The translations under genes and the position numbers were made by a program. A stretch of 58,142 nt of DNA, filler included, from Sphacelaria rigidula (Eukaryota), in the NCBI GenBank assembly GCA_964200075.2. It is 8 parts of 8 records of this genome, joined end to end, with 100 filler letters (N's around TTAATTAATTAA, not from the genome) between each part and the next. Parts side by side here need not be neighbours in the genome. Positions count along the whole stretch, not along the records: positions 14,563 to 21,742 come from CAXNAA020016105.1; positions 21,843 to 29,022 come from CAXNAA020016106.1; positions 29,123 to 36,302 come from CAXNAA020016107.1; 5 more parts are not named here. One strand, written 5' to 3'. Below are positions 18,901-32,900 of this stretch, in pieces (the first letter of the stretch is position 1; each line of letters begins with the position of its first letter). Below the pieces are notes generated by a model. That model was not told the origin of the DNA, did not search any database, and worked only from the letters and a program-made list of their open reading frames with translations.

Positions 18901-20407
18901 GATTGAAGGTGGACGGTGATATTGCGAACCAGCCTGCGGTGATCTTGCCGTGTGATGATGTAGTCAATGCTCTTTCTGTCCGCGAGGCGATTCGTAACAC
19001 CGTTAAACGTACACGAGGTGTTTCCCTTGGGGGTGGAAAAGAACGTGTTGATCAGGGAAAGCCTGTTTTCGCCTGTAAATTGTATTAGAGATGTGCCGTT
19101 ACTGTCGTTGGATCAGGCGTCTCAGCCGTATGCTCCTGCAACTTTACTTTCCTCTTCGCCTGTTCGTAGTCCATTCCTCGCGTTAGCGTCCATAAAAATA
19201 TGCAGGTGATGCTTGTAGGGGATATAGTTCACGATGTCGTCTAACTCAGTTCAGAACACATATTTATCCTTTCTTCACTGTGGAGTGTCTGTCGGGGCGT
19301 ACGCAACTACAAACGTAGCAGCATTTGATTTACCCGCTAGGTTGAAGGTCATGAACATGAGGCGTTCGCTGATGAGTGCCTGAGTCCACATCGCCTTGCT
19401 GATGATCGACTCCTTGACCGCCAACTCAACCCCATGTTGATCAGCCTTTCCCTTGCCCCCCTCTGCCCCGCAACAACCGACGCGGTATCCCGACGCACAC
19501 GATTCGGATCAACCTGGTCTTCTCGTTTCCTGTAGCCCAATGACGTCACATCCGACTGCCTGGCATTTTTGCAGGACCACCTCACCATGGCCAGTTCCGT
19601 ATTTACCCGAGAGGGACAGTGTACGGACGTGAAAAGTAGCCACTTTGAGCTCCCCACTAAGTGTCCTAGCTTTAACGTTCTCTTTATTCACGAGTCTTTC
19701 TCTCTGTTCTGCTCTCCTTTTAGGTCCGTTGCAAGTTCTTCTTTTACGGGCAAACTTTTGTTTCTGTGTCGAGTTTTCATCGGTACGTCTATCACGGTAC
19801 TTGCCTTGCTTATTCGTTTCGCGGGGAGAGTGCAGCCTTCCCATCCCGCGTCGGCCGCTATCTCCAGTCCGCCGAATATGATACTCACACGTGCCTCATC
19901 TCCATCAACGTGCTTTCCGTGACAGTGTCTCAACGCCGGGTAGAACGCTGCAGCGGCGGGGTTCAGTTTGGTTTCCATTTTAGGGTAGAACTCCGAAGCT
20001 GCAGGATTCAGCCTGGACGTTGGCACCGTCGACATGACCCAATACTAGAACTAAAGCTAGGAAATACAGGGAAATATGTTGACCCTGCATTACGTTCCAG
20101 ATATATTTCTGAGGCGGGTGGGGTACCAAAAGAGCGGGGGGTACCAAAAGTGAAAGTACGGTCAGCGGATTTTAATGGGGTGTGCACGCCAAGGCGCGGT
20201 GCAAATACCTAAAGACTTGTCCATGCCAAGCTTCCTGTGTTGGGGTAAGAAGGCGGGGAACGTAGACCTTCCCCGATCGCTACTGGCCCAGATTGTACTG
20301 TGTGCAAGCTGACATCTTTATTCTGTGCTGCCGTATCTCGTATGCGGCAGTGCATACAGTAGCCCTGACGCTTACCCAGATCGTCCGTCGCAGAAGTCAT
20401 AGAGATC
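15953..20407 (-). mobile_element. Full-length, decayed RTE-type non-LTR retrotransposon (APE endonuclease + RT)
   Basis: Endonuclease motifs LKVATFHVRTL...DVIGLQETRR (about 19650-19510). RT motifs NGKATGPDGIPAEILK, GEVPQEWKD, IDLQK...VDR, GLRQGCV..PLLFNI, LYPDV (decayed YADD) and LLYGCATW. (TCAA)n 3' tail at 15953-15978. Flanking duplication AA(T/C)GAGAAACGCTGAA at 15937-15952 and 20408-20423. Confidence 0.93.
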
Positions 20408-21844
20408 AACGAGAAACGCTGAAGGATCCGGATTTTGAAGGAAAACATTTAGCTGACTCGACTGTAGTTCCATGCTTGCTGGGAGTCGTGATGTGAAACT
20501 CAAGGGTTACATGCGCACTTGAAGTACAAACTTGATATCTGCCCACACATATTTTCTGCACCCAAGGTCAAGATTTTCGCAAGATCAGTTGTGTCAGGGC
20601 CAGCTGTAGTTCTCGGGCTCACTTCATATTTTCGACTCTCATCATGTCAAATTCATTCGGCACCCGGGTGAGAAATGAAGACGCTGAGGAATTCGGCTTT
20701 GGTCAGAGCGAATGTATGTTCTCTGCGTATTATACTATCTCGTGTTGAGAGTCCAGCATACTTGAACAGCAGGGATGAAACTTGTTGTGAAAAGCCTCTC
20801 TCTTTCATATTTCATTGCCGAGGGAAAATAGTAAAGGTATGCCGTAATGTTGTACAGCGTTCGACATTTCAAATGCGCACGTAAATACGATAATTCACTT
20901 CATGCTTCGCAAGTCTCATGGACAAAGTTTCGCACGTTGATCGATTCCCGAAGGACCCAGCCGCGGTCACAGGATGGATGTATCAAAAGTAAACAGAACG
21001 AAAACGCCCGCTGGCATAAAAAAAACGAAAAACAATTCGGAAAGATAAACAAACGGAGTGAGCAGAAGAACAAAAACGAATAAAATCAGAAAAAGGAGGG
21101 CAACGGATCGGCGGGGACCTAGAAATGGGAACAAGAACAAAACAAGACCAGTTGATTTTCGCATTCGAATGAGAAACAAACTGGTCCGGAAACCACGCTT
21201 TCCGAATATCTCGATCTCGACAGCGAAACCAACGAATGAGCAAACGACATTATGTTTGTGAATTAAGAACGCACATGAACGAAGTTCTACACTTCACGAC
21301 CCTTAGCAAGTATGGGTAAACAGTCAAATCAGCAAAAACGCTCTCGTCCAAATTCCGGGTATTATTGTGCTTCTCACGTTTCCCTTACGGTTTTGACAGG
21401 TAATAATCTTAAACCTCGCACACGTATATCCAGCCATGATACATTGATCGTGGCTGCTTTTGAGTACCCGTTTTCGATCACGGCCTCGACATGTCTATTG
21501 TCAAAAAGAAATACACGTGCTCGAAATTGGCCAGAATCATCGTACCCTTGTTTTGCAGAGGACTTATGGGTCGAAACATTGGCGCGTGGGATTGTACGCC
21601 ATGACCTCATTCATGAGGACTGCGCTCATCGCCGCAAGGATTGCTTGACAGCGGGTGCCGATAACACCAAGTAACAACAAATTGTGCGGATTGAGGTTTA
21701 ACTTCGAGATGAGGTTCAAGCCTAAAACAGTGCTTTCCCCACNNNNNNNNNNNNNNNNNNNNNNNNNNNNNNNNNNNNNNNNNNNNTTAATTAATTAANN
21801 NNNNNNNNNNNNNNNNNNNNNNNNNNNNNNNNNNNNNNNNNNCG

Positions 21845-21879
<35 letters not shown>

Positions 21880-22127
21880 CCGGTCAAACGACTAAGGCAA
21901 GCAACACATGAGAACGCCCCCCCCCCTCCCCAATCGGCCCCAAATGGAAAAAAGTGAGTGTGGGTTCAGGGATATTTTTTTCAACCGCCCTTGGGAAATT
22001 TGCAAGTATCATAATTACATAATTACGTTGTCTGTCGGTCACTTGCTATTTCAGGTGATTCCCAACATATCCCTTGGCACTCCGCGGTGAGGAGAGAAGC
22101 GGGTTACCCGCCACTCTCGATCCTGGC

Positions 22128-25100
22128 ATGACTCGCGTCTGGCCGCCCACCTTGTTGTGGACTCTCTTGTGCTGGTCTTACTGCACTCGATTAGCACCAC
22201 GGGTAGCTGGACAGGAGCAACAGCCCAAGCCCAAGCCCAGGGTGGCTGTGGTGGGGGCCGGTATTGGAGGGTCGTCGGCGGCGTTCTTCCTGCGAGAATC
22301 GGTCGGAGAAGACGTCGATATCGTTGTGTTCGACAAAGCCGAGAAGCCGGGGGGCAGGACCGATGTGAGAAATATATTTTATTTTTCTTGCTTATATGCC
22401 TGGCGTGCACCCTTCGTGTGGTCAGCTTTTCGGAGTATGTGTAGCACTCCGGGACGGAGTTGACAAGCCTTTGCACTGCTCTTGAAAACAACTCCTTGCG
22501 TCAAGTATCCACTCGGCATGTGCGCGGGGAGAGAGTACACAGCAGGTGCTGCGACTACAGAAGGTCGTGCGGAAGACGGGCGTGACTATCGGCGTGTTTG
22601 TGTGTGTGAGATTCGGATTTTTTATTTTATTTGTTTGAGGTCGTTATTAACTAGACTTGTTTTTCAGACTTTTTTGTACTTTTTTGGGAAATGTTCCGAC
22701 TTGAAAAAAAAAAAGGAAGAATCCAACGGGAGATTTTCGGAGTAATGTGTAGTCAGTGATCTATTGCTGGACCTGGTTGAGAGATGTACTGTCATATTCT
22801 TTGGGGAGGAAGCGTTTTTCTTCCGAAACAGTCTCAAAAATCTGAAAAAAAACAGCCCCATTCACCACGATTCTTATGAGATGCATACTTTTTTTCTCTA
22901 CTGCAAATTTTTCTGTAATGTCTTGGTGATGGCCGACCGGGACTTGCTTCTAAGATTTGTTGTTGGCGTGCTCCCCTCACGACATGGACGGGGCTCCCTC
23001 TCTAAGGTTAGCTCGCATTCAAATGGATTTATATAAAATCGATGGAACTATGGATCCATGATCGCCTTGTGTTGCAATACGTGCGGAAATCAGACTTCTG
23101 GTGTGCTCACATATCACGTTGCGGAATAAATTATATCATTGCGTCCCCCCACCCTAGTCCATATCGATTCCTCGCCGAAAAATTAACGCTGTTCGCGTGC
23201 GCTCACTGCGACTTGAACAGCAGCTCGTACCCTATAATGATTCGTCTGAATATTACTTGATTTTTGTGAGTGATTTCGCACCGGACAAAGAAAATCCTTG
23301 GGCTTTGTGTTCCGTGTTGAACCTCAGGTACGCGCACCCCAGGCACGTGGAACTCCGCGAAAGTTTTCTCAGAGACGCTTTTCACCGGCGGTCAACTTTT
23401 TTTTCCCTGTCTCGAGCAAGCAGGCCTCAGAAAATCGTTGATTTGGTGATTTGAACCAGCGATTACTCGTTCGACCGTTGCATCCTTCCGAGAGACTCTC
23501 GCTTCGGACGCAGCGCCTAACTCGCTCCACCTTTTGGGCTTCAGACTGTGATCTTTCACTACGGAGAAAGTGCGACGTATAATAGACACAGTTCAGTTGC
23601 AACGCTCATCTAACCACAGATCATACTGCAGTAGTAGTACCAAAAACGTCTGCTAGAAACAACATCGCCGACGAGTACATGTTGCTCGTCTTCTCTCTTC
23701 AGGATTTTGTTTTTGATGGCCAGACACTGGAAGTCGGCGCCTCCATTATTTACACCGGCAACGCCCATCTGTTCAACCTCACCGAGCGCGTCGGGCTGAA
23801 GCGGGTGGAGCCTAAGAAAGCAGAAGGGCTCAATACGGGACTATGGGACGGCAAGCAGTTCGTGCTGACCACGACGGACTCAGGTTTCTTCAACTTGCTC
23901 AAGATGGCGTGGCGATACGGCAGGTTGGGCGCCTAATGGCGGCGATGCCGCAGTGGAGTACACTGGAACTGTACCCACAGGAGTTTGTTGCATCGCAGTA
24001 TTATTCAATGAAGGTTTCGCCGTCGCGCACGATCCACGCAGCACAGCCGTGGCATTGTGTAGTGTCTAGTGAAGGAACTTCCCTTGCGAAACGTGCGTAC
24101 AACGGTGATACTGCTCTCCGTTCGAGGCGACGAGCAATCGTTGGCCTGGATACGACATTTGGGCATGTGACCCTTTATTACACCTCAAACATCTGCGAGG
24201 CACCTCTCGAAGCTATGGCGCGCGTTCAGTGTGGGCTCGCAACTCAGACCTTAAAGCTCATCCACCCCAAGACCGTGGAAATTTGGCGAAAACGAACCAA
24301 AGCACCCAATTATGTGCTCCTTTGTAGTTTTATCGGTGCCCGTTCTTCGTTGTGCCCGTGGGTCATCTTGATCAACGCAACCCAGGTCACTACTCAAGAT
24401 TAACTCCTTGGTCCGAGAGGCACTGGTCAATTTTGATCGCATCTATGAGCTCCAGGCCAAGGGGAGTTTTTTTTCGACACCAGAAGAGCTATGGGGTAAG
24501 AGCACGAACGTGCATTACTGTATTGTAACCTGCCCGCCTTTTACTCCGCCCGCGTGGACTTGTTGTGCGTGTGCTGCTCCTCGCCTGTTGTAGGATAATT
24601 ATAAGGAGGGAAGGGCCCTTCCTTGTGGCAATGTGTACAGTAGGGCTGATTGCTTGATGATAACACCTGTCGTCATCGGGTCCTTAGAGTAAGTATATCT
24701 CCGCCCGTGTCAACACGAGAATTGTGATGACTCTTGTGTTTTATCATCTGTTATTTTGTTATTTTTTTGTCATTGATATTATCATCATAATCCTTCTTGT
24801 TATGATTCTTCTTGTTATGATTTTCGCACGTCTTCTACTGTGAAGTTTTATTTACGGTAGCGAGTGTTGTCTTGTACTTATGTCGGGTACGTCTTTTGTG
24901 ATTACGATTGGATCCGTAGCAGATTAATTAACGTGAAACAGTCGATCAATCACGCCGGACGGAGTCAAGCACAGCCGGTCCCCAACACAAGCGTCAGTGA
25001 CTTTCTGTCTGACGGCTAACTTCCGCTTTTTCGACGATTGTGAAGGCGAAGTTGGCCTCCTGGCCCTGACCAAGATGACGATTTCAGAGTACCTGCACAA

Positions 25101-27921
25101 ACGACTGGGTAGGAAGGGATCGCCGGTCGAGGTGGAGCTGGCACACGCGGCGAACACAGTCAACTACAACCAGGTGCAGATATTTTTTTCTCGCCGAATG
25201 GTGCACCAATTTGAATTGGGTAGTATATAGTAGAACTTCAGCACTTTGCTTCGCGTTCACCCTCGCTCGTGGAGGCCTCGCTGAGGTTCCACCGTCGTCG
25301 TCATCCGTCTTTGTTCATCACCACCTTGAATTCGAAGCTGTGTCGCCTGACCTTTGACTAAACGGCGTCTCTCCGATGCAAGCCCTTCGGCGCCACAATT
25401 TTTTTTCTTCGTGTTTTTGGCGTACCATGTCGTTGTATCTGTCGGTGAGAGGACTGTCGCGCCCACGGTTCATGAATGGCAGTACAACTACGGTTTGCAA
25501 GGTGTTGGTGCTTGTTTTTTCGTCCTCAACGCACAGGACAACAGCCTTAACGCTCTAGCCGGCGTCGTCAGCCTTTGCCCTGCGGTCACCGGCGATCTCT
25601 TCAAGGTGGAAGGGGGAAACTCTCGGCTATCACAGGTGCAAGTAAAATCCAGCTCGCCATCGCTGTTGTTTTTGTTCAACAAAACGATGAGAGAAAAAAA
25701 AATGAAAAAAACGAGAAAAAACGTCATCCGGCGATTGCAAGATATCAAATCAGAACGTTCGACCCCGTTGCCTGAGAGTACTCTCCGATTATTCACGATC
25801 TTCCATTTATTCCGGTAGCGACATCATGCTGTACTGTCCGTTTCGCCTGGTCGTTATCCAGGAGCTGTTGAAGGCGGCAACCTCCCAGTTGAGACTCAGC
25901 ACGAGCGTAACAGGGGTGGTGGGGAGCGCTAAGGAAGGTTATTCAGTTTATGGGGACCGCCAGGAGAAACTGGGAACGTTCGACGCGGTGATAATCGCAG
26001 TGCCCATGAGCCTTGCAGGGATTTCACTGGACGTACGCAAGGAGGTACTTGCTTACGTATAACATGTATGACGAGTGACAGGGTCGTCCGGCGTGTCTTT
26101 GTGGTGCACTGTGCAGCCCCATGGGTACTTCTTGATACGAGTGGAGCAACAAGAACCAACTCTACTGCGATTGGTCCGAAAATCGTTTGTCGGCTTTGAA
26201 AGAGTCGAGCCGACGTTTAATCGACTAGCCTGTCCTCTTGTCTTGGTGTGTACATATATCTCCGTGACTTGTACGTATATGCCTGATTGCCACTACGGCT
26301 TGGGCGTTCTCACATCATCGGCAAGGCCAAGCTTAGTCGAAGTCGAACGCTTCCAGCCATACATCCGCGCGGTTGCGGTGGACAAGATTCTTGATTAACC
26401 TACAACCCGCTCTCAACAGCGGCAGTACGCCTGCAGTCGCTTGAACCACGAAAAGCTGAAAGATGCAGCAAACCCCGAAGCCTCTCCAATAGCACCACAG
26501 ATCTCGAACCCTCGCCCCCCACGTTTAATTCACGGCGCTTGGATTGCATCGTGCTGCTGTCTTTTGCTGGACACGCAGGATGGCGAAGCGGAGACGCTGC
26601 GTCAGCCTTTACCCCCGGTTAGATATCAAGAGGTGCACACCACTTTCGTAAGAGGGATCGTTGACAAGTCCTACTTCGGTCTGCGTCCCGGCGACGACAT
26701 GCCGGCGAGCGTGTTGCTCACGGAGAAGGGCGCCGTGGATTCGCCATTTTCCTCGCTGGCGCTCCACACACATACAGGCGTTCCGTCGCAAGGAGTCTAC
26801 AAGCTCTTCTCGAGGTACCTACGCTGCCGAGCTCGACCACGTAGTCTTGGCTTCTCCTCTTCAATACACGTGTACCGCACTGTGCTATCAGCCGGGCAGG
26901 CAGTGAATACCTCCGGGCAACCGGTGGTGAAAAAATGTTCATCTGCGAGAGCCTACTTGAAGGCCTGCAGATGGTCTCCGTGCCGAGACACGAGCGCGGC
27001 GTGTGCGTGGGACTCTCAGTCCAAGCGCCCAAACAGTATCCTTGTTGTTTCCCTATCGACAACTGTAGCAAAGAGAATAGGACAAGTGGCAACGCTATTC
27101 TCCCGTGGATAAAAAAATCAACCGCCGAAAATCCCGTCTAATGAGCCATGCCTTCTGCTCTCGCTGGCTTGGTCTGATATCAGGCGAGAGCTATGGACCG
27201 GTGCCTTGGACCGCGTCTTCATCAAGGGTGCTTGGGACATCCTCCATCATAGAGAATGGCGCGCATACCCAGTGCACACCCCCGCAGAGGTGAAGAGGGC
27301 GTCCGACGTTTGTCCTTCGCCATTCGTGTTTTTATGTCATTTTTTGCTCTCATTGCGTCCCGAAGTTGTTACACATTCGGGTCTTGCGTAACGCCTGTGC
27401 CCCTAGCGCATGCACTACTGTATGTACGCAACGCTTGATGTCTTTCGAAACGCGTTTGAGAACGGGTAACTCATGTAAAGCGGAGTTAATGATACGGCCT
27501 GCTGGCATCAGAGCCGGTGTGGAACGCAATGGTGCTGATTATGTTGGGCTCTTTCTCCCTGTGCTGTTGAGCCTGCCCAGCTTTTGTGTACAATCCTGGC
27601 TGTGGGAGTATTTTTCGATGCAGAGAAGCTAATTCTGTGCAGCCAGGCCCAGAGCACAAGTCCCGGAGGCCGACGTGCTCAATGTCAACGTATTTTTTCT
27701 TTTCATCGAGATAATCTTGAGGGACCTGCTTTAGCTGACCCGTTCTCCCGCACCTACTTAGGGGTGTTGGGTCTCAGCGCACCGCAGTTTCTAACGCGGT
27801 CAACACCAACCTCCTTATTCCATACGTGTTCCGCGATTCTCAGGCATTTGCGCCGTCAAATCTGTTTCCGGGACACCCCGTATGGTACACGTCAGCCCTG
27901 GAGGAAGGCGTCAGCGCGATG
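22128..27921 (+). CDS. PCYOX1: Prenylcysteine oxidase / farnesylcysteine lyase, partial (last exon not found)
   Basis: Phase-compatible exons 22128-22364 (signal-peptide-like start, VAVVGAGIGGSSAA, GGR), 23703-23923 (LEVGASIIYTGN, GLWDG), 24386-24495, 25046-25173 (VNYNQ), 25537-25635 (VEGGN), 25862-26044 (FDAVIIAVP), 26579-26814 (YQEVHTTFV, VYKLFS), 27184-27289 (WRAYP) and 27844-27921 (YTSALEEGVSAM). Confidence 0.9.
23250..23560. repeat. Dispersed repeat, with an inverted copy at about 32930-33180
   Basis: GATTTGGTGATTTGAACCAGCGATTACTCGTTCGACCGTTGC is the reverse complement of GCACGGTTCGGACGAATCATCGCCGGTTCGAATCACCACATC. Similarity extends over about 250 bp. Confidence 0.6.
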
Positions 27922-29979
27922 GTGAGTAGCGCATGGGGTTGATTCTTCAAGCGTTTGACAGGCGATGTTTTTTTTTTATTCAATAGTCATCATTGTTTTG
28001 TGCAAGTGCTGAAGCGATTGTTGGGCATACTTCGTTGCACAATTATTGTAAGTGGACTGTGCGTTTCAGTCGCCGTCCCAGTATTGTCGAGTAGCTTTCA
28101 GTAGCCAACGAAGGAACGCCCGAAAATTGGGAGTGTGACTCTCGGTTAGGCCTTTACGGGGTATGAAAATGTTGAAATATATGAACATTTTGGGCGGAGA
28201 TGAGTCTGATTTTTTGTCGATCTTCAGTTTGCTTTTACATAAAACAGTTACTGTCGCCGCTTTTTCTAGTTGAGAGCTCAGGATATCCGTACCGGAGCAT
28301 TTCTCCGAAACGTGCATTCCCCTGAATGGTCAACGCGATTGTGACGGTCTCCGTAGGCCCTACTGAGTAATGGCCATTTCCCGACCCAAGTAGAGGACTG
28401 AAAGCCGTCTCGAATCATGGAACCTTTTGGCGCCGAACGATACGCGAGCGGCACAGCAGTGCTCGATCTTGTTTTGGTATATAAAACATGATTTATATCC
28501 TTATGCAGTTTGCTGACTGGGGACCGCGGGCCATGTCAGCCGTTTGCTTCCCACGTCTCATCTAGCTTCCTGACCAATTACTTCTCCCTGTGTAGTACCG
28601 CTCTGTCTCGAAAGGGATGCGTGATCAATGGTCAAATTTATGAGGCAGGCAACAAATGACTACCCCCCCCCCCCCCCCCCTCCTCCTCCCCAGCGGTCTG
28701 GCGAGAACCCCGCGTGCTACGCCCCGGCTTTGTAGGGGCGGACCCCCGATGGGGTTGGCGTCGGTTGACGATGACGCTATAAAACACGCCTCACTGCGCA
28801 AGCTAGGCAAACCACGTTACCGCTTTTGTTTTGCGCGCTTGCGTTTTTTTTGCGGTAACCATGATGATAGTCGAGCTAGATGATGTTGTGCGGCGTGGGA
28901 GAACCCCGACTCCGCACGATGGGGGCAATCGTACTACGTAGTGTTTGGGTGGTGAGACACCCATGAGGCAGTGTATATGCCGTGGCTGTCTCTGGAAGTG
29001 GCGATACCAGAAAATCAAGCAANNNNNNNNNNNNNNNNNNNNNNNNNNNNNNNNNNNNNNNNNNNNTTAATTAATTAANNNNNNNNNNNNNNNNNNNNNN
29101 NNNNNNNNNNNNNNNNNNNNNNCGAACCCCACGACTCAACCATCAGAAGGTCACGAGGTTACCAACTGAGCCACCGGGGCGATCGGTCGACTTGATATAC
29201 GATATATTTATATATAGGCTCGTAGATCATCGTCTAGGGTTTCGTGTACCAGCTACAAACTCGACGGTTGCATCTTTTTCCGACCATTTTAACCTACCTC
29301 GCTCCCTCTCCCTCTCTCTAATTATTTTTTTTTACCGTCTTGACGTCTTTCTCCTCCATGTGCCACTCTTCACCGAAACCCGTGGTCGGGTGATGAAATA
29401 CGTTGTCCGGAGGCGTTTTGGGATATCGATTTTTCTCCTTCACCTGGGAAGAAGTTGGCACGATACTAGTGCAATTGTTGTTTCTGGCACGGCTCTTTTA
29501 TTTTGTTTATGAAGATCTGCCGTTGTCAATCCACAACTCACTCCCCTTCGTCGCCACCGCCACACTAAAATCAAGAGAACAAAGGATTAACCGAAACATG
29601 CATGTGTTGCGGGCAGTAGCATTAGTGCTAATGTTGGTATCAGTATTAGTACTAAAATAGTGCCATGGTTGGTATCAGCAAGAGTAGTGGTGGTGCCGTT
29701 GCTGGTATTGGTAATAGTGTTGATGTATTGATATGATATCAGTGTTGGCATCGGCACTATTACATACTACGTACTGATTTCCTCCGTCTTTTGCTGGTCT
29801 CTCTCCTGGTGATCATATGACTACAGCATGCAAAATCATAACCCCCCCCCCCTCCGCTGTCTTTTGTGTCTACTTTTTCGTTGGTTCTTGTGTCATCGAC
29901 CTCTACTCCCAATATTGTGAATGGGCTGACATGGACACGGACTCGCGCATGACGCTGCCTTACACACCCCGGAGTGTAG

Positions 29980-32900
29980 ACGACGAAGCGAAAGCGGCGG
30001 GAGCAACCTGGGCTTGAGTTCCGCAGGGTTGTCACCGGGCTTGATACCGGGGAATGTGCCACCACCTCCTCAGGAGCTGGAGGCAGAGGTAATAAAACAT
30101 GATTTGTGTTGCCCTGGTTTAAGTCATCACTGACTTTTATTGTTGTTGCTGCTGTTATCGTTATCATATTCATATATTTGTCGTGATCCTCTTGTTTCTA
30201 CATGCGTATGCACGGGTGATATGTACACTTGCACCAACGTATAATATCTTCGTCGCTGTAAAAGCATATTCCTGACTACTCTTAATAGGCAAAAATTGTC
30301 GCGAGTTCGAATCCTAACGCATAGCTTTTTTTTCCTCTCGCAGAATTTGCTTACGCCTTTGAAACCGATTCTCTCGATCGGTATTATTGGGGAGACTTAT
30401 TTTCTACTTTCGAGACAATTGGTACGGTTTTTAACCCTCAAACAGGGATACATCATCATCGCACGTCTCGATCACTATGCATCAATCCACCGAGTGGGCT
30501 ACAAAAAACCTCCAGGACACCACATTTTTTCGTCTAGCTGTACTTTTGTTCAGGGAAGGTATTCTTCAAACCTTGGAGTCAAGCGAACCGGGAGGATGAG
30601 CTAGACTACTCTCGGTGAAGTGACGCAAAGTGTTCAAGGCGTGTGATAATGATATCCCTAGTTTGTGGGTCGAGAATCGTATCGAAGGTTCCAAAAGTGG
30701 AAATTCCCCCCCCCCCGCCCCCCCAAATACCAACCGTAAGAAACGATTTGTCATGAATATATATGTATATTAGGCAGTACATTTATTACATAAATAAATA
30801 TATATTGCAGCGGCAAGTTCATCAGGCATCAGCAAGTTGGTCTGCAATAGTGTTGGATATCGTATCGAAAACATTTCGATGAAACGATAACGTATGGTCG
30901 AAGCTGGACACGTTTTCTCCAAGGCAGAGAGACCTTGATGAGGCCGATTCCGATGGGAAACAAAGCCATGTATCCCGATGTTTTTGCCTCCGACGGCGCC
31001 TTCCGCGGGGCCCCCTCACGAGCCGAGGGGGGGGGGGGGCATTTGGGGCCCGCAAAGCGAGGGGACTCGCGGCGCNNNNNNNNNNCCCCGTTGTTTTTGC
31101 CCCCGCCGGCGCCTCCCGCGGGCCCCCCCCCCGGGCGGGGGGGGGGGGGGGGGGCATTTGGGGCTCGCAAAGCGAGCGGACTCGCTGCGCTCGCCGTGGT
31201 TCGGCTTCGCTGGAATTCATCGGAATTTATCGTCATCGAACGCTGAAAAAGCCGATATCGTATCGAAGAAATTGTTCGATATTCAACACTAGTCTTCAGA
31301 CCACAGCGATGTACTTTCATCGGGCCGATTCGGGCAGCTTGGGACGTAAAACTTTGTTGTGTGAGGAAGGAATGCTATTACAGTATTTGTGGCTCGCCCA
31401 GCGTGTACGAGTACATGACCGCGAGTAGTGAAAGCGCTGATCGAAGATGTTATGCTTTGTGATGGCATTTTGGAGATCGATACATTCCTCTGCTTCTTTT
31501 TTTTTAGTACCTGTCGTGTTTGTTTGCTTGATATGTGGGTAATTCTCTACAAAATCGTTCAACCTTTTTTTTCATATTATTTGTGTTTTTCTTTTGTGAT
31601 GTGCCATTGCTGTGGTATGTCATGTGTTTTCTTTGATACGGAATGACCAAAACATGACGTGTTTTTTTTTTTTTTCGTTTTTCTGAAGGTGGCCTTCCTC
31701 AACCGTCAGTTATCGGTGCGAATGACTCTGGAGGAGAAGCTCAACGCGTCGGAAGGGGAAAAATCAAGGCTCATAACGAAGGTATCGTCTTGTCGACCCC
31801 CACCTTGTACCACTATCATGACATACATGTAGAGAAAAAAGTAGTCGGAAGTGTGGACTTGAGTGTACTTGTAGTGCGTAAAATATGTGACCGTTCTGAC
31901 CCGTTAACAGACCAGGATCTTGACAGCAAGAGTAGCGGTTGAGAAGATCTGAAAGGATTGTACAAGATAAATTACAAAAGGCCACTTTCCACAGCCACCG
32001 TTTTTGGAGAAGTTTATACGTATGGGCGAGGCGTTAGGAGAGGACGGGGGGGGGGGGTCATGGCCTGTTGTTGGTGGAGCCTCTTGATCAGCATGCATGC
32101 GTGTATGGAGTCGGATATACTGCTTGTGCGATCGGGCTGTCGATAGTCGTCGTATCCCCCTCTTTTTCTTTTGTTCCCCTCTGCCATCAGACTTCCTGTT
32201 ATTGTTGCTGTTTCTGTTGCTGTCAGTATTGTGGGTTTGTTGCTGCTGCCGTCGTGAGTCAACCGTGATCTGTGCCTTCTCTTATTTTATTTTTCTCATC
32301 GTCTGTTGTGTTGTATCACGTTTTTGCAATTGCCCGTCATCTTGTGGCGCTGTTGTCGCTGTTCCTGTTTCATTCATATTCCCCTTGATTTTCGTCGTCG
32401 TTGTTGCTGTTGTCGCCACAGTTGGCCAAAACAAAAGCCGACGCTGGACGTCATAGAGAGGCCCTCGAGCGGACGGTGCAAGACATCGCCGACAAGCTCA
32501 CTTTGCAAAAAGAACAGGTGTGTAACAAGTGTCGGGTCAGCGATAGCCATCTGACGCTTGGGCAAGTTGATATATATGCATGCGCGATGTCATGACGCAT
32601 ACACATAGTCACACAACAGTCAATCAGGTTTGTGGTGTAGTATCCTCGTCCGAACAAACCCGACCCATCCCCCGGCCGCGAACTAACTGGGCGCAGCTTT
32701 TCCCGCTTTTCAATTCGAGCACTTAAACCAACCCTCTGATTGCGAATGTAGTCATTCTCCATGAACTCCCGTATTCCAGGTATAGATGTCAACCATTGGC
32801 ATCGTCACATGGACCAGGGGAGTCCGTCGACTTGAAATCCCCCTCCTCCCCCCCTGTTGGGGAAAAGGTCGATTTTGCGCATCTTGCGCATCTGGACGTT

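Noticed and set aside
20290-20407. HDV-like ribozyme at the RTE 5' end
   Set aside because: I could not build a convincing P1/P2/P3/P1.1 fold by eye; it needs a covariance-model search.
28888-29022. Group II intron start (GTGCG)
   Set aside because: No domain V or matching 3' end is seen in any copy.
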